Origin: a virus
Virus record (IMG/VR): IMGVR_UViG_3300027586_000002
Coordinates: 42,941 to 106,940 of that record
Length of the DNA: 64,000 nt
Reading direction: 5' to 3' (one strand)
This document shows positions 18,885 to 28,702 of the stretch, piece by piece. The notes under the pieces are model-generated. The model did no database searches. It worked only from the letters and a program-made list of their open reading frames with translations, and was not told where the DNA came from. How positions within the stretch are numbered: the stretch's first letter is position 1; every line of letters begins with the position of its first letter. The position numbers and the translations under genes were made by a program.

Positions 18885-19175
18885 ATGAATGAAGAACAAC
18901 AAGAAGCATTAGCCTCTGCTATGACACAAGCCCAGGCTGCCATGGAAGTGTTGAGTGCTAGACTAATTCTTATTTCAAAGAAAAAAATGAAAGCTATCGA
19001 CAAAAACTTTCTAATTAGTGGCATTCAAGAAGAAAAAAAGACCCTGCTTGACTCAAAAGTAAAACCATCACAAAAGACAGTGCTAACTCTTATGTACAAA
19101 ATGGCCCTGCTGGCTTTTGGAGCAAAAGACAAAGATGTAATAGCTTTCAAATTGGCGATAGCTAATTTGCCTTAA
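18885..19175 (+). CDS. hypothetical protein
   Basis: Helical 96-aa ORF. Confidence 0.55.
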   Translation: MNEEQQEALASAMTQAQAAMEVLSARLILISKKKMKAIDKNFLISGIQEEKKTLLDSKVKPSQKTVLTLMYKMALLAFGAKDKDVIAFKLAIANLP

Positions 19176-19235
19176 AGTAATAAAAATAATTTGGTTCCTA
19201 TATGCGCTAATTGTCACATAGGTTATTATCATCAC

Positions 19236-19311
19236 GGGGGCTGGGACTGCCTGGCGTGGTCATCTCATTTGCAATGAGAAAGTCAGACCGGTTCAACTCC
19301 GGTAGCCTCCA
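19236..19311 (+). tRNA. tRNA-Ala(TGC)
   Basis: G3:U70 pair; TCTCA-TTTGCAA-TGAGA; atypical D arm. Confidence 0.85.
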
Positions 19312-19332
19312 ATCCTATTTAGAAGCAATTTT

Positions 19333-19560
19333 ATGACAGAAACAACAGAACTGCCGGCGATCGAGTTTGTAATCAAACTCAATAATCCTGAATACAAACG
19401 TGAAGCTGATGAGCTTTACAAGTCTATTCAGGAACTTATATCAAGTGATACTTCAAAGAAAGCCTCCGAGCTAGACCCTAATCTATCTTTCAGAGTAGTG
19501 TTGATTGAACATGATGGTAGTGTGGAAAGCATGGAGCCTGTACGATACATTCAACTCTAA
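19333..19560 (+). CDS. hypothetical protein
   Basis: Ends in RYIQL. Confidence 0.55.
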   Translation: MTETTELPAIEFVIKLNNPEYKREADELYKSIQELISSDTSKKASELDPNLSFRVVLIEHDGSVESMEPVRYIQL

Positions 19561-19640
19561 GTTTAGATTATTGTGCTTGCTGCCTTTAGTTCGACATAAT
19601 TATAAGGCAGCAAGCCGACATATAACAACAAACATTTCAC

Positions 19641-20138
19641 ATGAATATTATAATAAAACCACTAAAAAAGAGACATAAACCAGTATTCAATACAATAAAA
19701 GAACTGCTTAGCTTTAAAGAAACCACAACATTTACAGAAATAGGAAGAATAGCAAAAATTAACAGTCTGGAGGTAATTCAGGTATGTAATAAGAATTCCG
19801 GTATGTTACATAAATATAACAATGGCAGTATAACCGGATTTTCTAGTGCGCCTATTACTGATCTAAAGTTTAAGCTAGGCAAGACATTTAGATCTAATAA
19901 AATAGTTATTTCAAACGATGGGTTAAAAGCGGAGCTATTATTCTCAGGTCATGACGAGTTAAAAGCCACTTATAATTTTTCAACCTCTTTTAAATTGCAC
20001 CAATATGACCCTTGGGCTAAAAAAGTTGTCATACCTGATACTGCAACGATTAGAACAGTTTTATCAGGTCATGGTATACAGGATGAGGTTGAGGTTGTTA
20101 AAGATCTTGATCTAGAACTTTATTGGGACGAAAAATGA
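19641..20138 (+). CDS. hypothetical protein
   Basis: 165-aa ORF. Confidence 0.6.
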   Translation: MNIIIKPLKKRHKPVFNTIKELLSFKETTTFTEIGRIAKINSLEVIQVCNKNSGMLHKYNNGSITGFSSAPITDLKFKLGKTFRSNKIVISNDGLKAELLFSGHDELKATYNFSTSFKLHQYDPWAKKVVIPDTATIRTVLSGHGIQDEVEVVKDLDLELYWDEK

Positions 20139-20179
20139 TAACTACATTACCCAGCCAAAAATAGGATTAAATAAACTAC

Positions 20180-20482
20180 GTGATGAGAGTTAAAATAACA
20201 AAATTTGCAATATCAGACGAAACAGATGCACTTCCTCCTGCAGATAGGGATTCACATATACCAGGGCGGGAACAAGCCGATAACTTAAGCCTTCCTATTG
20301 AGTATTGGATTGAGGGTCAAGCTGAGGAGCTGCCATGTGTAGGTCGCTGGTTTGTAATAAACAGAGAAGTAAGGAATGGTGTTGTCACCCCAGGACTGTT
20401 TACTTCTTCTCCAATCGTCAAGATCAGTGGAGATATTTATGAGACAAGAAACTCTAAATATCGAGTAGAACTTTTAAGTTAA
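20180..20482 (+). CDS. conserved phage hypothetical protein
   Basis: G.F.SS.I.KI...ETRNSKY pattern. Confidence 0.6.
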   Translation: MMRVKITKFAISDETDALPPADRDSHIPGREQADNLSLPIEYWIEGQAEELPCVGRWFVINREVRNGVVTPGLFTSSPIVKISGDIYETRNSKYRVELLS

Positions 20483-20483
20483 T

Positions 20484-20561
20484 GCACCTGTAGCTCAGCC
20501 TGGTTAGAGCAGCGCCCTTTTAAGGCGTTTGTCGCGCGTTCAACTCGCGCCAGGTGCACCA
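20484..20561 (+). tRNA. tRNA-Lys(TTT)
   Basis: Cloverleaf with encoded CCA; GCGCC-CTTTTAA-GGCGT. Confidence 0.92.
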
Positions 20562-20629
20562 CTTTATAAAAATTAATATGATAAAGTGTTAACAACCTTT
20601 CTAATTTAAGTAAACAACAATAACCCATA

Positions 20630-20818
20630 ATGGTTGACCAAAATATAATTCAACAACTCCGTGTGGTACTGCACAAGGCTACAGACATTTCAGTAGTATC
20701 GTCTGTAGAAGGTGACAATTTAAAATATGATATAAAGATAACTATACCTATGGAAGTAAACAACATAGGCGCAGACGTTGGTCTAGTACTAAAGCCAGAG
20801 CGGCGAATTTCGATATGA
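20630..20818 (+). CDS. small hypothetical protein
   Basis: Ends in PERRISI. Confidence 0.5.
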   Translation: MVDQNIIQQLRVVLHKATDISVVSSVEGDNLKYDIKITIPMEVNNIGADVGLVLKPERRISI

Positions 20819-21033
20819 AGACAATCATACATGTTAACCAACATGTTATTAAGAAAAATCAAAAGACTGGCGAAAGAAATCCTGTGTTAACTGTTAAGAC
20901 CTATAAGTCTAATTTTAAAGCTAATATGGTGAAGATCAAAGGTCCTTGTAAAGTTGTCTATAGCCCAAATAAGCCACTTTCATGTGGAGCAAGGGTCTGG
21001 ATAGAGACAATAGGAGAAGTAAAGTTAAATTGA
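20815..21033 (+). CDS. conserved small phage protein
   Basis: IHVNQH..K.N...VYSP.KPLSCGARVWIET. Confidence 0.7.
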   Translation: MKTIIHVNQHVIKKNQKTGERNPVLTVKTYKSNFKANMVKIKGPCKVVYSPNKPLSCGARVWIETIGEVKLN

Positions 21034-21046
21034 AAACTAGTGAACT

Positions 21047-21379
21047 ATGACAAAACAGCTACAACTGAACTTGGTTAAGGGAATCATGCAAAACTACCCC
21101 GAGTCTGGGGCCGGTGCGGTGCTTCAATGCATAGATTGGAAGTACAGCCAGAGCGTCTATGAATTTGAGGACGGCGATGAGGGCAAGTTGTACACCTTGA
21201 CGGAAATGGAGCTTCTGGCCGCAGTGCCGATCATGTTCATGAATTGGCCGAAAGGTTGTACGCCGCTGCCTGTGACTTTTACCGAGGAGAGCGTCGAAGA
21301 GTGGTGTTGTCAGGCGGACGCTAACGACCACGATGCGTTCGTTCAAATCGCGGTCTTTGGGGAGGTTATTTATGGCTGA
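21047..21379 (+). CDS. hypothetical phage protein
   Basis: C-terminal D...D..VQ.AVFGEVIYG pattern; GC-richer DNA. Confidence 0.65.
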   Translation: MTKQLQLNLVKGIMQNYPESGAGAVLQCIDWKYSQSVYEFEDGDEGKLYTLTEMELLAAVPIMFMNWPKGCTPLPVTFTEESVEEWCCQADANDHDAFVQIAVFGEVIYG

Positions 21380-21408
21380 ATTTCGTGAACTAACTATTTA
21401 ATCATAAC

Positions 21409-21900
21409 ATGAGGATAATAGGAAAACATCAGAATAAGAAGAAACCTTTAGCTAAGTTTGCCGATAAAAAAGGGCAACCATTGGTCGTCTTATGTCAAAT
21501 GGTTTCCGTGGACCAGAAGGAAAGGAGAAGCTTCAAGACTTTTGTAGATACCAAGCTGTCCGGGGATTACGCTAAAGGTGGAAAAGCATATGCGAAATTG
21601 AAGAATAGGCCAACCAATGACATTTTTGGGGAAAAGACAAAGCTCCAGAAGTTTGTGAAGATGCATTTTGATTTCACGAAGTTTAGTGATACAGATTGGG
21701 AAAACTACTGGCTTCTGACTCAGCACTGTGATTTCAATAGACAGTTCCAGAAGGCAGCTCTGAAGGTAATAACAAAGTTCAGACCTGACTCAGACGAGAT
21801 GAAGTTTCTCACCGACAGGATCTCCTGTAGCTTGAGTGGAACACAGAAATTCGGCACGCAAAACATCTGCGAAAAAGATGATGTAGATGTAACTAGATAA
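21409..21900 (+). CDS. DUF6624-like protein
   Basis: WLL.QH.D...FQ..AL...L.DR.......Q.FGTQ. Confidence 0.55.
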   Translation: MRIIGKHQNKKKPLAKFADKKGQPLVVLCQMVSVDQKERRSFKTFVDTKLSGDYAKGGKAYAKLKNRPTNDIFGEKTKLQKFVKMHFDFTKFSDTDWENYWLLTQHCDFNRQFQKAALKVITKFRPDSDEMKFLTDRISCSLSGTQKFGTQNICEKDDVDVTR

Positions 21901-21902
21901 AT

Positions 21903-22436
21903 ATGAACATCTTTTACTTAGAGCACGATGTCAAAAACTGTGCAAAGATGCACGTAGATAAACATTGTGTAAAAATGATATTGGAATATGCACAATTGTT
22001 GAGCACGGCTCACAGAGTACTTGACGGTATTCCATTAGTTGGAGTTAGCCAAACTGGCAGGAAACAAACTCAGTATGTTCTTCCTGATAATCGGGAATCT
22101 GACTTGTATTCTGCAACACATATCAACCATCCTTCCGGTGTGTGGGTGAGACAAAGTTGTGCTAACTATGATTGGTTATTCAAAATGTTTGTTGCTCTAA
22201 TGGATGAGTACACATATCGCTACGGTAAAGTTCACGCTACCAGCAGATTGACAGAACATTTGAGGTCCAGGCCAAAAAATATACCGGACGGTTCTTTTAC
22301 TGAACCCACACCCGCCATGCCCGAACAATACAAAGTATTCGGTGATTCAATCAAATCGTATAGAAATTATTATTTAGGTGATAAAAGACGGATGTTTTCT
22401 TGGAAACTCCGGGAAGTTCCGCCTTGGTGCCTCTAG
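21903..22436 (+). CDS. pyrimidine-dimer DNA glycosylase (DenV-like) family protein
   Basis: MNIFYL...HVDKH.VKMILEYAQLLSTAH, THINHPS..W, EYTYRYGKVH. Confidence 0.75.
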   Translation: MNIFYLEHDVKNCAKMHVDKHCVKMILEYAQLLSTAHRVLDGIPLVGVSQTGRKQTQYVLPDNRESDLYSATHINHPSGVWVRQSCANYDWLFKMFVALMDEYTYRYGKVHATSRLTEHLRSRPKNIPDGSFTEPTPAMPEQYKVFGDSIKSYRNYYLGDKRRMFSWKLREVPPWCL

Positions 22437-22542
22437 GAAGTTAGGTTATATCTGCGTAATAGGAAATATGGGAGTAGAATATATAATAATTTCTAGTGTG
22501 GTAGATAAGCTTTAAATAATGGAAGGAGTATAGTGTATACCT

Positions 22543-23529
22543 ATGGAAGAAGAAATTGCTTTAAGCTATGACGATGTGTTGCTGATACCAAAGTATTCAG
22601 AACTAGAAAGTAGAGCCAAGGCCATCACTGAAGTCGGTCTGTGTGGTTCTAAGTTTAAACTACCAATTGTGCCCGCTAATATGAAGTCGGTCATTGATAT
22701 AAAGACAGCCAAGTGGTTGTCACAGAATGGGTACTTTTATATATATCACAGATACGATAAGACTAATTTTGAGTTTGTTAAGAATGCAATAGCTGAGAAA
22801 TGGGAGCTTATAAGCATCAGTACTGGGGTTAACGAAGACAGTGAGATAGACCTTAGGCTTATTGCTAACGCTGATGAAAACTTATATGTTGATTTCATAA
22901 CAATAGATGTGGCTCACGGGCACCATCTAAAGGTTAAGAATCGAATAAAGCTCATCAAGGAGCTGTTCCCTGAAACAAAGGTCATAGCGGGCAACGTAGC
23001 AACACCAGAGGCCATCAGGGACTTAGCCGCGTGGGGAGCGGATGCGGTGAAAGTGGGCATTGGACAAGGGTCTATTTGTACAACAAGGTTTCAAACAGGA
23101 TTTAGTGTTCCTATGTTTACCTGTGTTGCTTCATGTTGTGACGACTTTTTTATCGAAAATAGTCATGATATAATTCAACAGACAATCATACCTATAATTG
23201 CTGACGGTGGAGTCAAGTATATAGGAGATATTGCTAAAGCTCTTGCCGCTGGTGCTACTATGGTAATGTCTGGGGCTTTGTTTGCCAATTGTATAGATTC
23301 GCCCGCAGAAATAATAAACGGCAAGAAACAATACTTTGGCTCAACCTCATTTGAGGCCAAGAAAGAAAACAAACATATTGAAGGCCGTCTCTTACAAATA
23401 GAGACTGGCTGTACAATAGAACAACGACTCATTGAAATACAGCAGGCACTACAAAGCTCAATTAGCTATGCTGGTGGAATAGACCTGACTTGTTTTAGAG
23501 ACGTTGGGCATGTAATTATAAACAAGTAA
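22543..23529 (+). CDS. guaC: GMP reductase
   Basis: [46 protein letters not shown]. Confidence 0.9.
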   Translation: MEEEIALSYDDVLLIPKYSELESRAKAITEVGLCGSKFKLPIVPANMKSVIDIKTAKWLSQNGYFYIYHRYDKTNFEFVKNAIAEKWELISISTGVNEDSEIDLRLIANADENLYVDFITIDVAHGHHLKVKNRIKLIKELFPETKVIAGNVATPEAIRDLAAWGADAVKVGIGQGSICTTRFQTGFSVPMFTCVASCCDDFFIENSHDIIQQTIIPIIADGGVKYIGDIAKALAAGATMVMSGALFANCIDSPAEIINGKKQYFGSTSFEAKKENKHIEGRLLQIETGCTIEQRLIEIQQALQSSISYAGGIDLTCFRDVGHVIINK

Positions 23530-23535
23530 GTTAAT

Positions 23536-23597
23536 GGCACTCCTATGAGTTAGGGACGGATAATAGCCCGTTGATGAGTTCGAATCTGTCAGTGCCT
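23536..23597 (+). pseudogene. degenerate tRNA-like sequence
   Basis: GGCACT/AGTGCC ends and a GTTCGAATC T-loop, but only about 62 nt with abnormal D and anticodon arms. Confidence 0.35.
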
Positions 23598-23607
23598 CTT
23601 TTACAAT

Positions 23608-24012
23608 ATGATAATAGAATGTGGAGGACACAAATGGTACCCAACTAAAGGAGTCATTAAGTATAATCTAGATGGCTCTGTATTTGTCCACGCCGATAAC
23701 TCTATTGTCGAGTATTATCAAGCCGTGGTAAAGATGCACCTACACCTGAAGTTAAACCCCCCGTTTAGTGGGGCACACATTACTGTTGTTTCTTCTAAGT
23801 GGGAGAATTCCGTAAAACACTCATCATACTGGAAAAAACGTGAAAGTGAAGAAATCATCTTCTATTACACTTCAACTATTTTCAGATCTCAGAGCTATTT
23901 TTGGTTAACTGTTCATTCACATGACATGATCAATCTTAGGACTGAGCTTGGGCTTGGAGAGAGGTATCATCCTTTACATTTAACAATAGGTAATATAAGA
24001 TTTTCAAAATAA
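23608..24012 (+). CDS. 2H phosphoesterase family protein
   Basis: Two HxT motifs (AHITVV, LHLTIG). Confidence 0.7.
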   Translation: MIIECGGHKWYPTKGVIKYNLDGSVFVHADNSIVEYYQAVVKMHLHLKLNPPFSGAHITVVSSKWENSVKHSSYWKKRESEEIIFYYTSTIFRSQSYFWLTVHSHDMINLRTELGLGERYHPLHLTIGNIRFSK

Positions 24013-24043
24013 CTATGAAAATTGAAAAGATAATTTAAATAAT

Positions 24044-24463
24044 ATGTCGTTTATAAGACCAACAAGTAGCCCTGACGGGCTTTACATATACCACAGCATT
24101 GAAAACACCGTGTCGGTGCATGCTAGGGATGTATATGTAAAAGGCAAAAAGAAGAAGTCAGAATTTCCTGACATAAAGTATAAACAGTTCTTGAAGCTGT
24201 GCCAGAAGTGTAAGAAGGCTAATAGCTATCTAAGAACGCCGATTACTGTGGGGGAATTATCTCTTGAAGCAGTGGAGATAAATAAGCGTGACATGCCTGG
24301 CTTCGGCAAGTATGGTGTTGATACACAGATGTACATGTGTGACCATCGTATAAAGCTAAGCAATGGAACACATAGCATACTAATGTATTGTGTTACCTGG
24401 GCCTACATCATGAATAATGTTTTAAGTTCTGAAGATTTTTACAGAGAAAAGAAGAAAAAATAA
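24044..24463 (+). CDS. hypothetical protein
   Basis: 139-aa ORF. Confidence 0.6.
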   Translation: MSFIRPTSSPDGLYIYHSIENTVSVHARDVYVKGKKKKSEFPDIKYKQFLKLCQKCKKANSYLRTPITVGELSLEAVEINKRDMPGFGKYGVDTQMYMCDHRIKLSNGTHSILMYCVTWAYIMNNVLSSEDFYREKKKK

Positions 24464-24468
24464 TTTAA

Positions 24469-24553
24469 CGGAATGTAGACCGTAACTTGGTACCGGGTAC
24501 GATTTGGGGTCGTATGCTTAACCGCCGTGCAGGTTCAAATCCTGTCATTCCGA
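24469..24553 (+). tRNA. tRNA-Pro(TGG) with long variable region
   Basis: CGGAATG/CATTCCG acceptor; TACGA-TTTGGGG-TCGTA; 14-nt variable region. Confidence 0.85.
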
Positions 24554-24561
24554 AATTTATG

Positions 24562-24590
24562 TTGACTTAACCGATAAAATTTCATAGCGT
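24562..24590 (+). promoter_or_regulatory. sigma70-like promoter
   Basis: TTGACT-N17-TAGCGT, 7 nt before the ATG at 24598. Confidence 0.45.
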
Positions 24591-24597
24591 AACAGCT

Positions 24598-26016
24598 ATG
24601 AATAAAAAATTATCGGTTAAACAACTAGATCAAATATTAAGTAGCAGTAAGACAGAGTATACAGCCAACGTTAAAGCCGCTAATTTTCTGGCTGATCTGT
24701 GTAAAAAGTACAATGCTCACGATAATGGCAAATCTCGTGAAGTATTAAGACTGTATCTAAGTAAGTATAAGCTAGATACTTCTCATTGGTACAATCGACC
24801 AAGCAAGTATACAAATGTAGAAAAGATTTGTCCTGTATGCGAAACTAAGTTTACAACACAGCTTAATCACAAAAACGAGAAGACTGTATGCTCTGTAGGA
24901 TGCGCAAACACTTATTTCCCTAGACATACTGAAGAAAGTCGCAAGAAGATAAGTGACGCGCTATTACATAATGCTGCTGTGCTTGGGAGAAAAGCTGAGC
25001 ATGTAATATTATGTAAAGAATGTGGTAATCCTAAGATAACAAAGCGAAAGCATCAAGCATTTTGCTCTGTTATTTGTTCTAAATCATATAGAGAAAGAGA
25101 CCCGGTTTATAGACAAAAACTTAGAGATATACAACTAAAGAGGATCAAAGATGGAACCCATACTGGATGGAGATCTAGGAATAAACCATCTTATCCTGAA
25201 ACCTTCTTTATGAAGGTTCTAGATAATAACAAGATTCCTTATGAATTTGAGAAACCGGTAGGCAAGTATTTTATAGATTTTGCTATTAATGATAAACAAA
25301 TAGCTTTGGAGATTGACGGTAAACAACATCTATTACCAGATAGAGTTATTAAAGATAAGGAAAAAGATAAATATTTAACTGAACAAGGATGGTTGATGCA
25401 TAGAATTCCTTGGACAAATATATCCTGTGATAAAGGTAAAGTTTATATTAGAAATGAAATAAATAAGTTTGTAGCCCTATATAACAACAGTAGTAATAAA
25501 TTTAACATGACCACAAATACAACAATAACGGAATTAACAAAACAAGAGTTGGTAGCATTAATGTCAGAAGTGAAGGAACAGGTGCAGTCGCTGTCAGGAA
25601 AGCTAGATAAGAATGTAGCTATTACTGAGTCGATGGAGCAACAGCTGAAGCAAATCTTTAATTCAAATAGAAGAGAAGCTGCTCCTGCCCACCTGATGGA
25701 GCTGCTTAAGGCTTCTGACACGCTAAAGCCTAAGTTAGCAGTTGATCAAAAGACAGGTATTGGAATGACCAAGCCGTATTTTGTACAATTAATATCCAAA
25801 GACGGGCGCCTCGTCCTCGGAGCATCTCACGGCAAGCACGGTATTGAAGCAAAATTCTTCGAGGGTCGTGAAGGAGCTGAAGAATATTACGCTGGATTAC
25901 CAAATAAAAATTGGATCAAACATGCAGTTGAAAAGCTAGGCTTTACTAAGAGCTTTGTTAAGCTAAGCAATAAGCAGCAATTGAAATACCCCACTAAGAT
26001 CGTAAATAAGAAATAA
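24598..26016 (+). CDS. zinc-finger + DUF559/Vsr-like PD-(D/E)XK endonuclease fused to an unrelated C-terminal domain
   Basis: CxxC/CSxxC repeats; YFIDFA...ALEIDGKQH...D..KD..L...GW...RI.W. Confidence 0.7.
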   Translation: MNKKLSVKQLDQILSSSKTEYTANVKAANFLADLCKKYNAHDNGKSREVLRLYLSKYKLDTSHWYNRPSKYTNVEKICPVCETKFTTQLNHKNEKTVCSVGCANTYFPRHTEESRKKISDALLHNAAVLGRKAEHVILCKECGNPKITKRKHQAFCSVICSKSYRERDPVYRQKLRDIQLKRIKDGTHTGWRSRNKPSYPETFFMKVLDNNKIPYEFEKPVGKYFIDFAINDKQIALEIDGKQHLLPDRVIKDKEKDKYLTEQGWLMHRIPWTNISCDKGKVYIRNEINKFVALYNNSSNKFNMTTNTTITELTKQELVALMSEVKEQVQSLSGKLDKNVAITESMEQQLKQIFNSNRREAAPAHLMELLKASDTLKPKLAVDQKTGIGMTKPYFVQLISKDGRLVLGASHGKHGIEAKFFEGREGAEEYYAGLPNKNWIKHAVEKLGFTKSFVKLSNKQQLKYPTKIVNKK

Positions 26017-26025
26017 CATATTAAT

Positions 26026-26265
26026 ATGTTTGCTGATGAATGTAATCTAGACGGCGACAAGAACGCTCCTGGTCACGGAGAACAATGCTGCTGTAATTGC
26101 AGGTCATTAAAAATAGATCATTCTCATCCACTGTCAGATGGTAAGCCTTGTACTAACCTACGAGGCTTCATCTGCACAGCTGATGGAGAACAAGCTTATT
26201 CAGGCTGGAGGCCACACGGTCTATGCGAATTGTGGTACCCTCGTGTTGAGGCCAAAGTTTCTTAA
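26026..26265 (+). CDS. small Cys-rich protein
   Basis: CCCNC...C...C...HGLCE. Confidence 0.6.
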   Translation: MFADECNLDGDKNAPGHGEQCCCNCRSLKIDHSHPLSDGKPCTNLRGFICTADGEQAYSGWRPHGLCELWYPRVEAKVS

Positions 26266-26294
26266 TTCGCAGAATTTTCCAAAAATAAAATAAT

Positions 26295-26380
26295 TCCAAG
26301 GTAGGAGAATTGGTAAACCCAGAAGACTGTTAATCTTCCGTCGTAAGACATTGCTTGTTCAAATCAAGCCCTTGGAGCCA
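26295..26380 (+). tRNA. tRNA-Asn(GTT) with long variable arm
   Basis: TCCAAGG/CCTTGGA acceptor + GCCA; GAAGA-CTGTTAA-TCTTC; GTC-GTAA-GAC variable hairpin. Confidence 0.88.
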
Positions 26381-26401
26381 CTTCCAATCAATTAATTAAT
26401 T

Positions 26402-26944
26402 ATGCCTACTCATTGGTTTACTGCAGATCACCACGCCGGCCATGCAAAAATAATAGAATATTGCCGACGCCCATTCCGTGATACCCACGAGATGGACGAA
26501 ACGATGATAAACAATCATAACTCTGTTGTTCAGCCAGGCGACTTTGTTTATATACTTGGAGATGTTGCTTTTAAGAATCCTGCTAACTATATACGCAGGC
26601 TCAATGGGCACAAGTTCATTATTAGAGGTAACCATGATAAGCATATAGAAGAGTGCAAAAGCCTGGTTGGTTGGATAAGAGACTTCCAACAGATAACAGT
26701 TGAAGGACAAAAGATAGTCCTAATGCATTATGCCATGCGTGTTTGGCCAAGTTCCCATCACGGCGCTTATCAGCTTTATGGGCATAGTCACGGCACATTG
26801 GAAGATGATCCTAACGCCCTGTCTATTGATGTAGGAGTAGATTGTCACAACTTCTTTCCTATATCGTTTAAACAGGTACAAGCTAAGATGGCTAATAAAA
26901 ACTTTAAGCCAGTAGACCACCACAACGCTGAAACTAATGATTGA
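26402..26944 (+). CDS. calcineurin-like metallophosphoesterase
   Basis: D.H.GH, LGD, GNHD, HY, GHSHG, DVGVD. Confidence 0.88.
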   Translation: MPTHWFTADHHAGHAKIIEYCRRPFRDTHEMDETMINNHNSVVQPGDFVYILGDVAFKNPANYIRRLNGHKFIIRGNHDKHIEECKSLVGWIRDFQQITVEGQKIVLMHYAMRVWPSSHHGAYQLYGHSHGTLEDDPNALSIDVGVDCHNFFPISFKQVQAKMANKNFKPVDHHNAETND

Positions 26945-27116
26945 AGACGCACTTAAACAGCAATTAAAGTTGATTGAGGCAACAAACGCCTGGCTTAAAG
27001 ATGAAACCAATAAGTACATTACTTCTCCTGTAAAGGATAAGAACAAACTTGTGGAGCTTCAATCCAGGCATAGGCAGTTAATAAAAGATATAGACAGGTT
27101 AATAGAACAAGATTAA
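26937..27116 (+). CDS. small helical protein (59 aa, not in ORF track)
   Basis: MIEDALKQQLKLIE...IEQD*; overlaps the upstream stop. Confidence 0.5.
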   Translation: MIEDALKQQLKLIEATNAWLKDETNKYITSPVKDKNKLVELQSRHRQLIKDIDRLIEQD

Positions 27117-27135
27117 TAATACGTTAATAGTTAAT

Positions 27136-27212
27136 GCTCCTGTAACTCAATTGGCTAGAGTGCAGAGTTTCTACCTCTGAAGTTGTAGGTTCAAATCCTA
27201 CCAGGAGCACCA
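27136..27212 (+). tRNA. tRNA-Arg(TCT)
   Basis: Cloverleaf with CCA; CAGAG-TTTCTAC-CTCTG. Confidence 0.9.
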
Positions 27213-27220
27213 AATTTAAT

Positions 27221-27586
27221 ATGGACAATATAAAACTAAATAAGTTAAAAGCCAAGGCAATGAAAGCCGGTAAGTTCTTGGATCGTATCCCAGAGGAACA
27301 GACAGAAGCAGTATTTGCTACAGCTCTAAAGTATCGTCCTAAGAATTTAATGGATAAGATCAATCTATTCCATAAAGAGGTAGGAGACACCCAATATTAT
27401 GAAATGTTAGGGACTGCGTGGTTTTTGGAGTTTCTTGATATCTGGGATGACGAGCAACGTCAGGTTAACACAGTCGCCTTTGTGGAGGAGCTCTATAAGT
27501 TCATCCCTGAAGGCGAAAGTGTTACTCAAGATGACGTTTCTGCCTGGGTTCAATTACAGAAAATGGCAGAAGAAGAAAACGATTAA
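27221..27586 (+). CDS. hypothetical protein
   Basis: 121-aa ORF. Confidence 0.6.
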   Translation: MDNIKLNKLKAKAMKAGKFLDRIPEEQTEAVFATALKYRPKNLMDKINLFHKEVGDTQYYEMLGTAWFLEFLDIWDDEQRQVNTVAFVEELYKFIPEGESVTQDDVSAWVQLQKMAEEEND

Positions 27587-27625
27587 GTTTTACAGCAATA
27601 AGATTGGACTGTACTTTATCAAATT

Positions 27626-28333
27626 ATGTCAAAAACTTTAATTATAAGCGATATACACCACAGATGGCAAAAAGCTGAAAAGCTTATATTAAAAGAGAAG
27701 CCAGATAAAACCATATTTTTAGGTGACTACTTTGATGATTTTGATGACTCTTGTCTTGAAGCAAGGCAGACTGCCCAATGGCTAAAGACTAGTCTTACAT
27801 TTAAGAATAGAATACATCTTAGAGGTAATCATGACACACATTATGAAAGCCAAAATACAAGGCTTCAATGCTCTGGTTATGAGTTGAAGAAAGATATAGT
27901 TATAAACGAGGTAATGAAAGCTAAGGATTGGCGCAAGCTTTATTGGTTTCATTATGAGAATGGGTGGTTATTTACTCATGCTGGGGCCCACCTTTTATAT
28001 GTAGGGCCGCAAGTTAATCGTATTGAAATATACATGGCCGAAGAAGCTAAAAAAGCTAACCGTGTATATTTTGAGTCAAAAGGAAGTCACTGGTTCTGGC
28101 ACATCGGGGCTTCAAGGTATGGCTGGGACGGCATAGGAGGTATTACCTGGTGTGATGCCAACCGTGAATTTGATGCTGTTCCAGGGCAGAAACAAATCTT
28201 TGGACATACTCCTCAGCAAGTAACCAATGTTGATGAGCTATGGCTTGATGAGAACAACCTATGCCTTGATACTCATTCCAATCATTATGCTTTGATGGAT
28301 GAGCATGGAAATATAAATGTTAAAAAAGTTTAG
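27626..28333 (+). CDS. calcineurin-like metallophosphoesterase
   Basis: SDIH, GDYFD, GNHD, THAG, GHTP. Confidence 0.88.
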   Translation: MSKTLIISDIHHRWQKAEKLILKEKPDKTIFLGDYFDDFDDSCLEARQTAQWLKTSLTFKNRIHLRGNHDTHYESQNTRLQCSGYELKKDIVINEVMKAKDWRKLYWFHYENGWLFTHAGAHLLYVGPQVNRIEIYMAEEAKKANRVYFESKGSHWFWHIGASRYGWDGIGGITWCDANREFDAVPGQKQIFGHTPQQVTNVDELWLDENNLCLDTHSNHYALMDEHGNINVKKV

Positions 28334-28339
28334 TAAAAT

Positions 28340-28423
28340 GGACGGGGTCCGGCTGGTCGAGGAAGCAGTCTTGAAAACTGTTGGGGTTAATAGCCCTCTA
28401 GGGTTCGAGTCCCTACCCGTCCG
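28340..28423 (+). tRNA. tRNA-Ser(TGA)
   Basis: GGACGGG/CCCGTCC acceptor, long variable arm, G73. Confidence 0.9.
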
Positions 28424-28432
28424 ATCACTTTT

Positions 28433-28675
28433 ATGTATCCAGAACAACGCCCATGGCAAGTCAGACATTTGTTTAAAGCATTACGTGTATTAGTTACAAC
28501 TGAAACTAATCGTTGTTTCTTTAAAGAGGAGTTCAAACAAATTGATTATTGCTCAATACACGTAGCTATAAAGAACGGTAATTTAATAGAAGCCATAAAG
28601 ATATACAGATCCTATAATAATTGTAGTCTGGTAGAGGCTAGAGATTTTATATTTATGTTGGCAGGTAAGCCATAA
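28433..28675 (+). CDS. protein with ribosomal L7/L12 C-terminal-like motif
   Basis: IEAIKIYR....SLVEARDFI. Confidence 0.5.
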   Translation: MYPEQRPWQVRHLFKALRVLVTTETNRCFFKEEFKQIDYCSIHVAIKNGNLIEAIKIYRSYNNCSLVEARDFIFMLAGKP

Positions 28676-28702
28676 TATTTTTAGACCAGAAAATCCAAAA
28701 TT

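Noticed and set aside
27136-27212. Possible amber suppressor tRNA (CTA in the loop) and genetic recoding
   Set aside because: With the 5-bp stem CAGAG/CTCTG the 7-nt loop centres on TCT (Arg). Recognisable genes are full length in code 11 and end in TAA, TAG and TGA.
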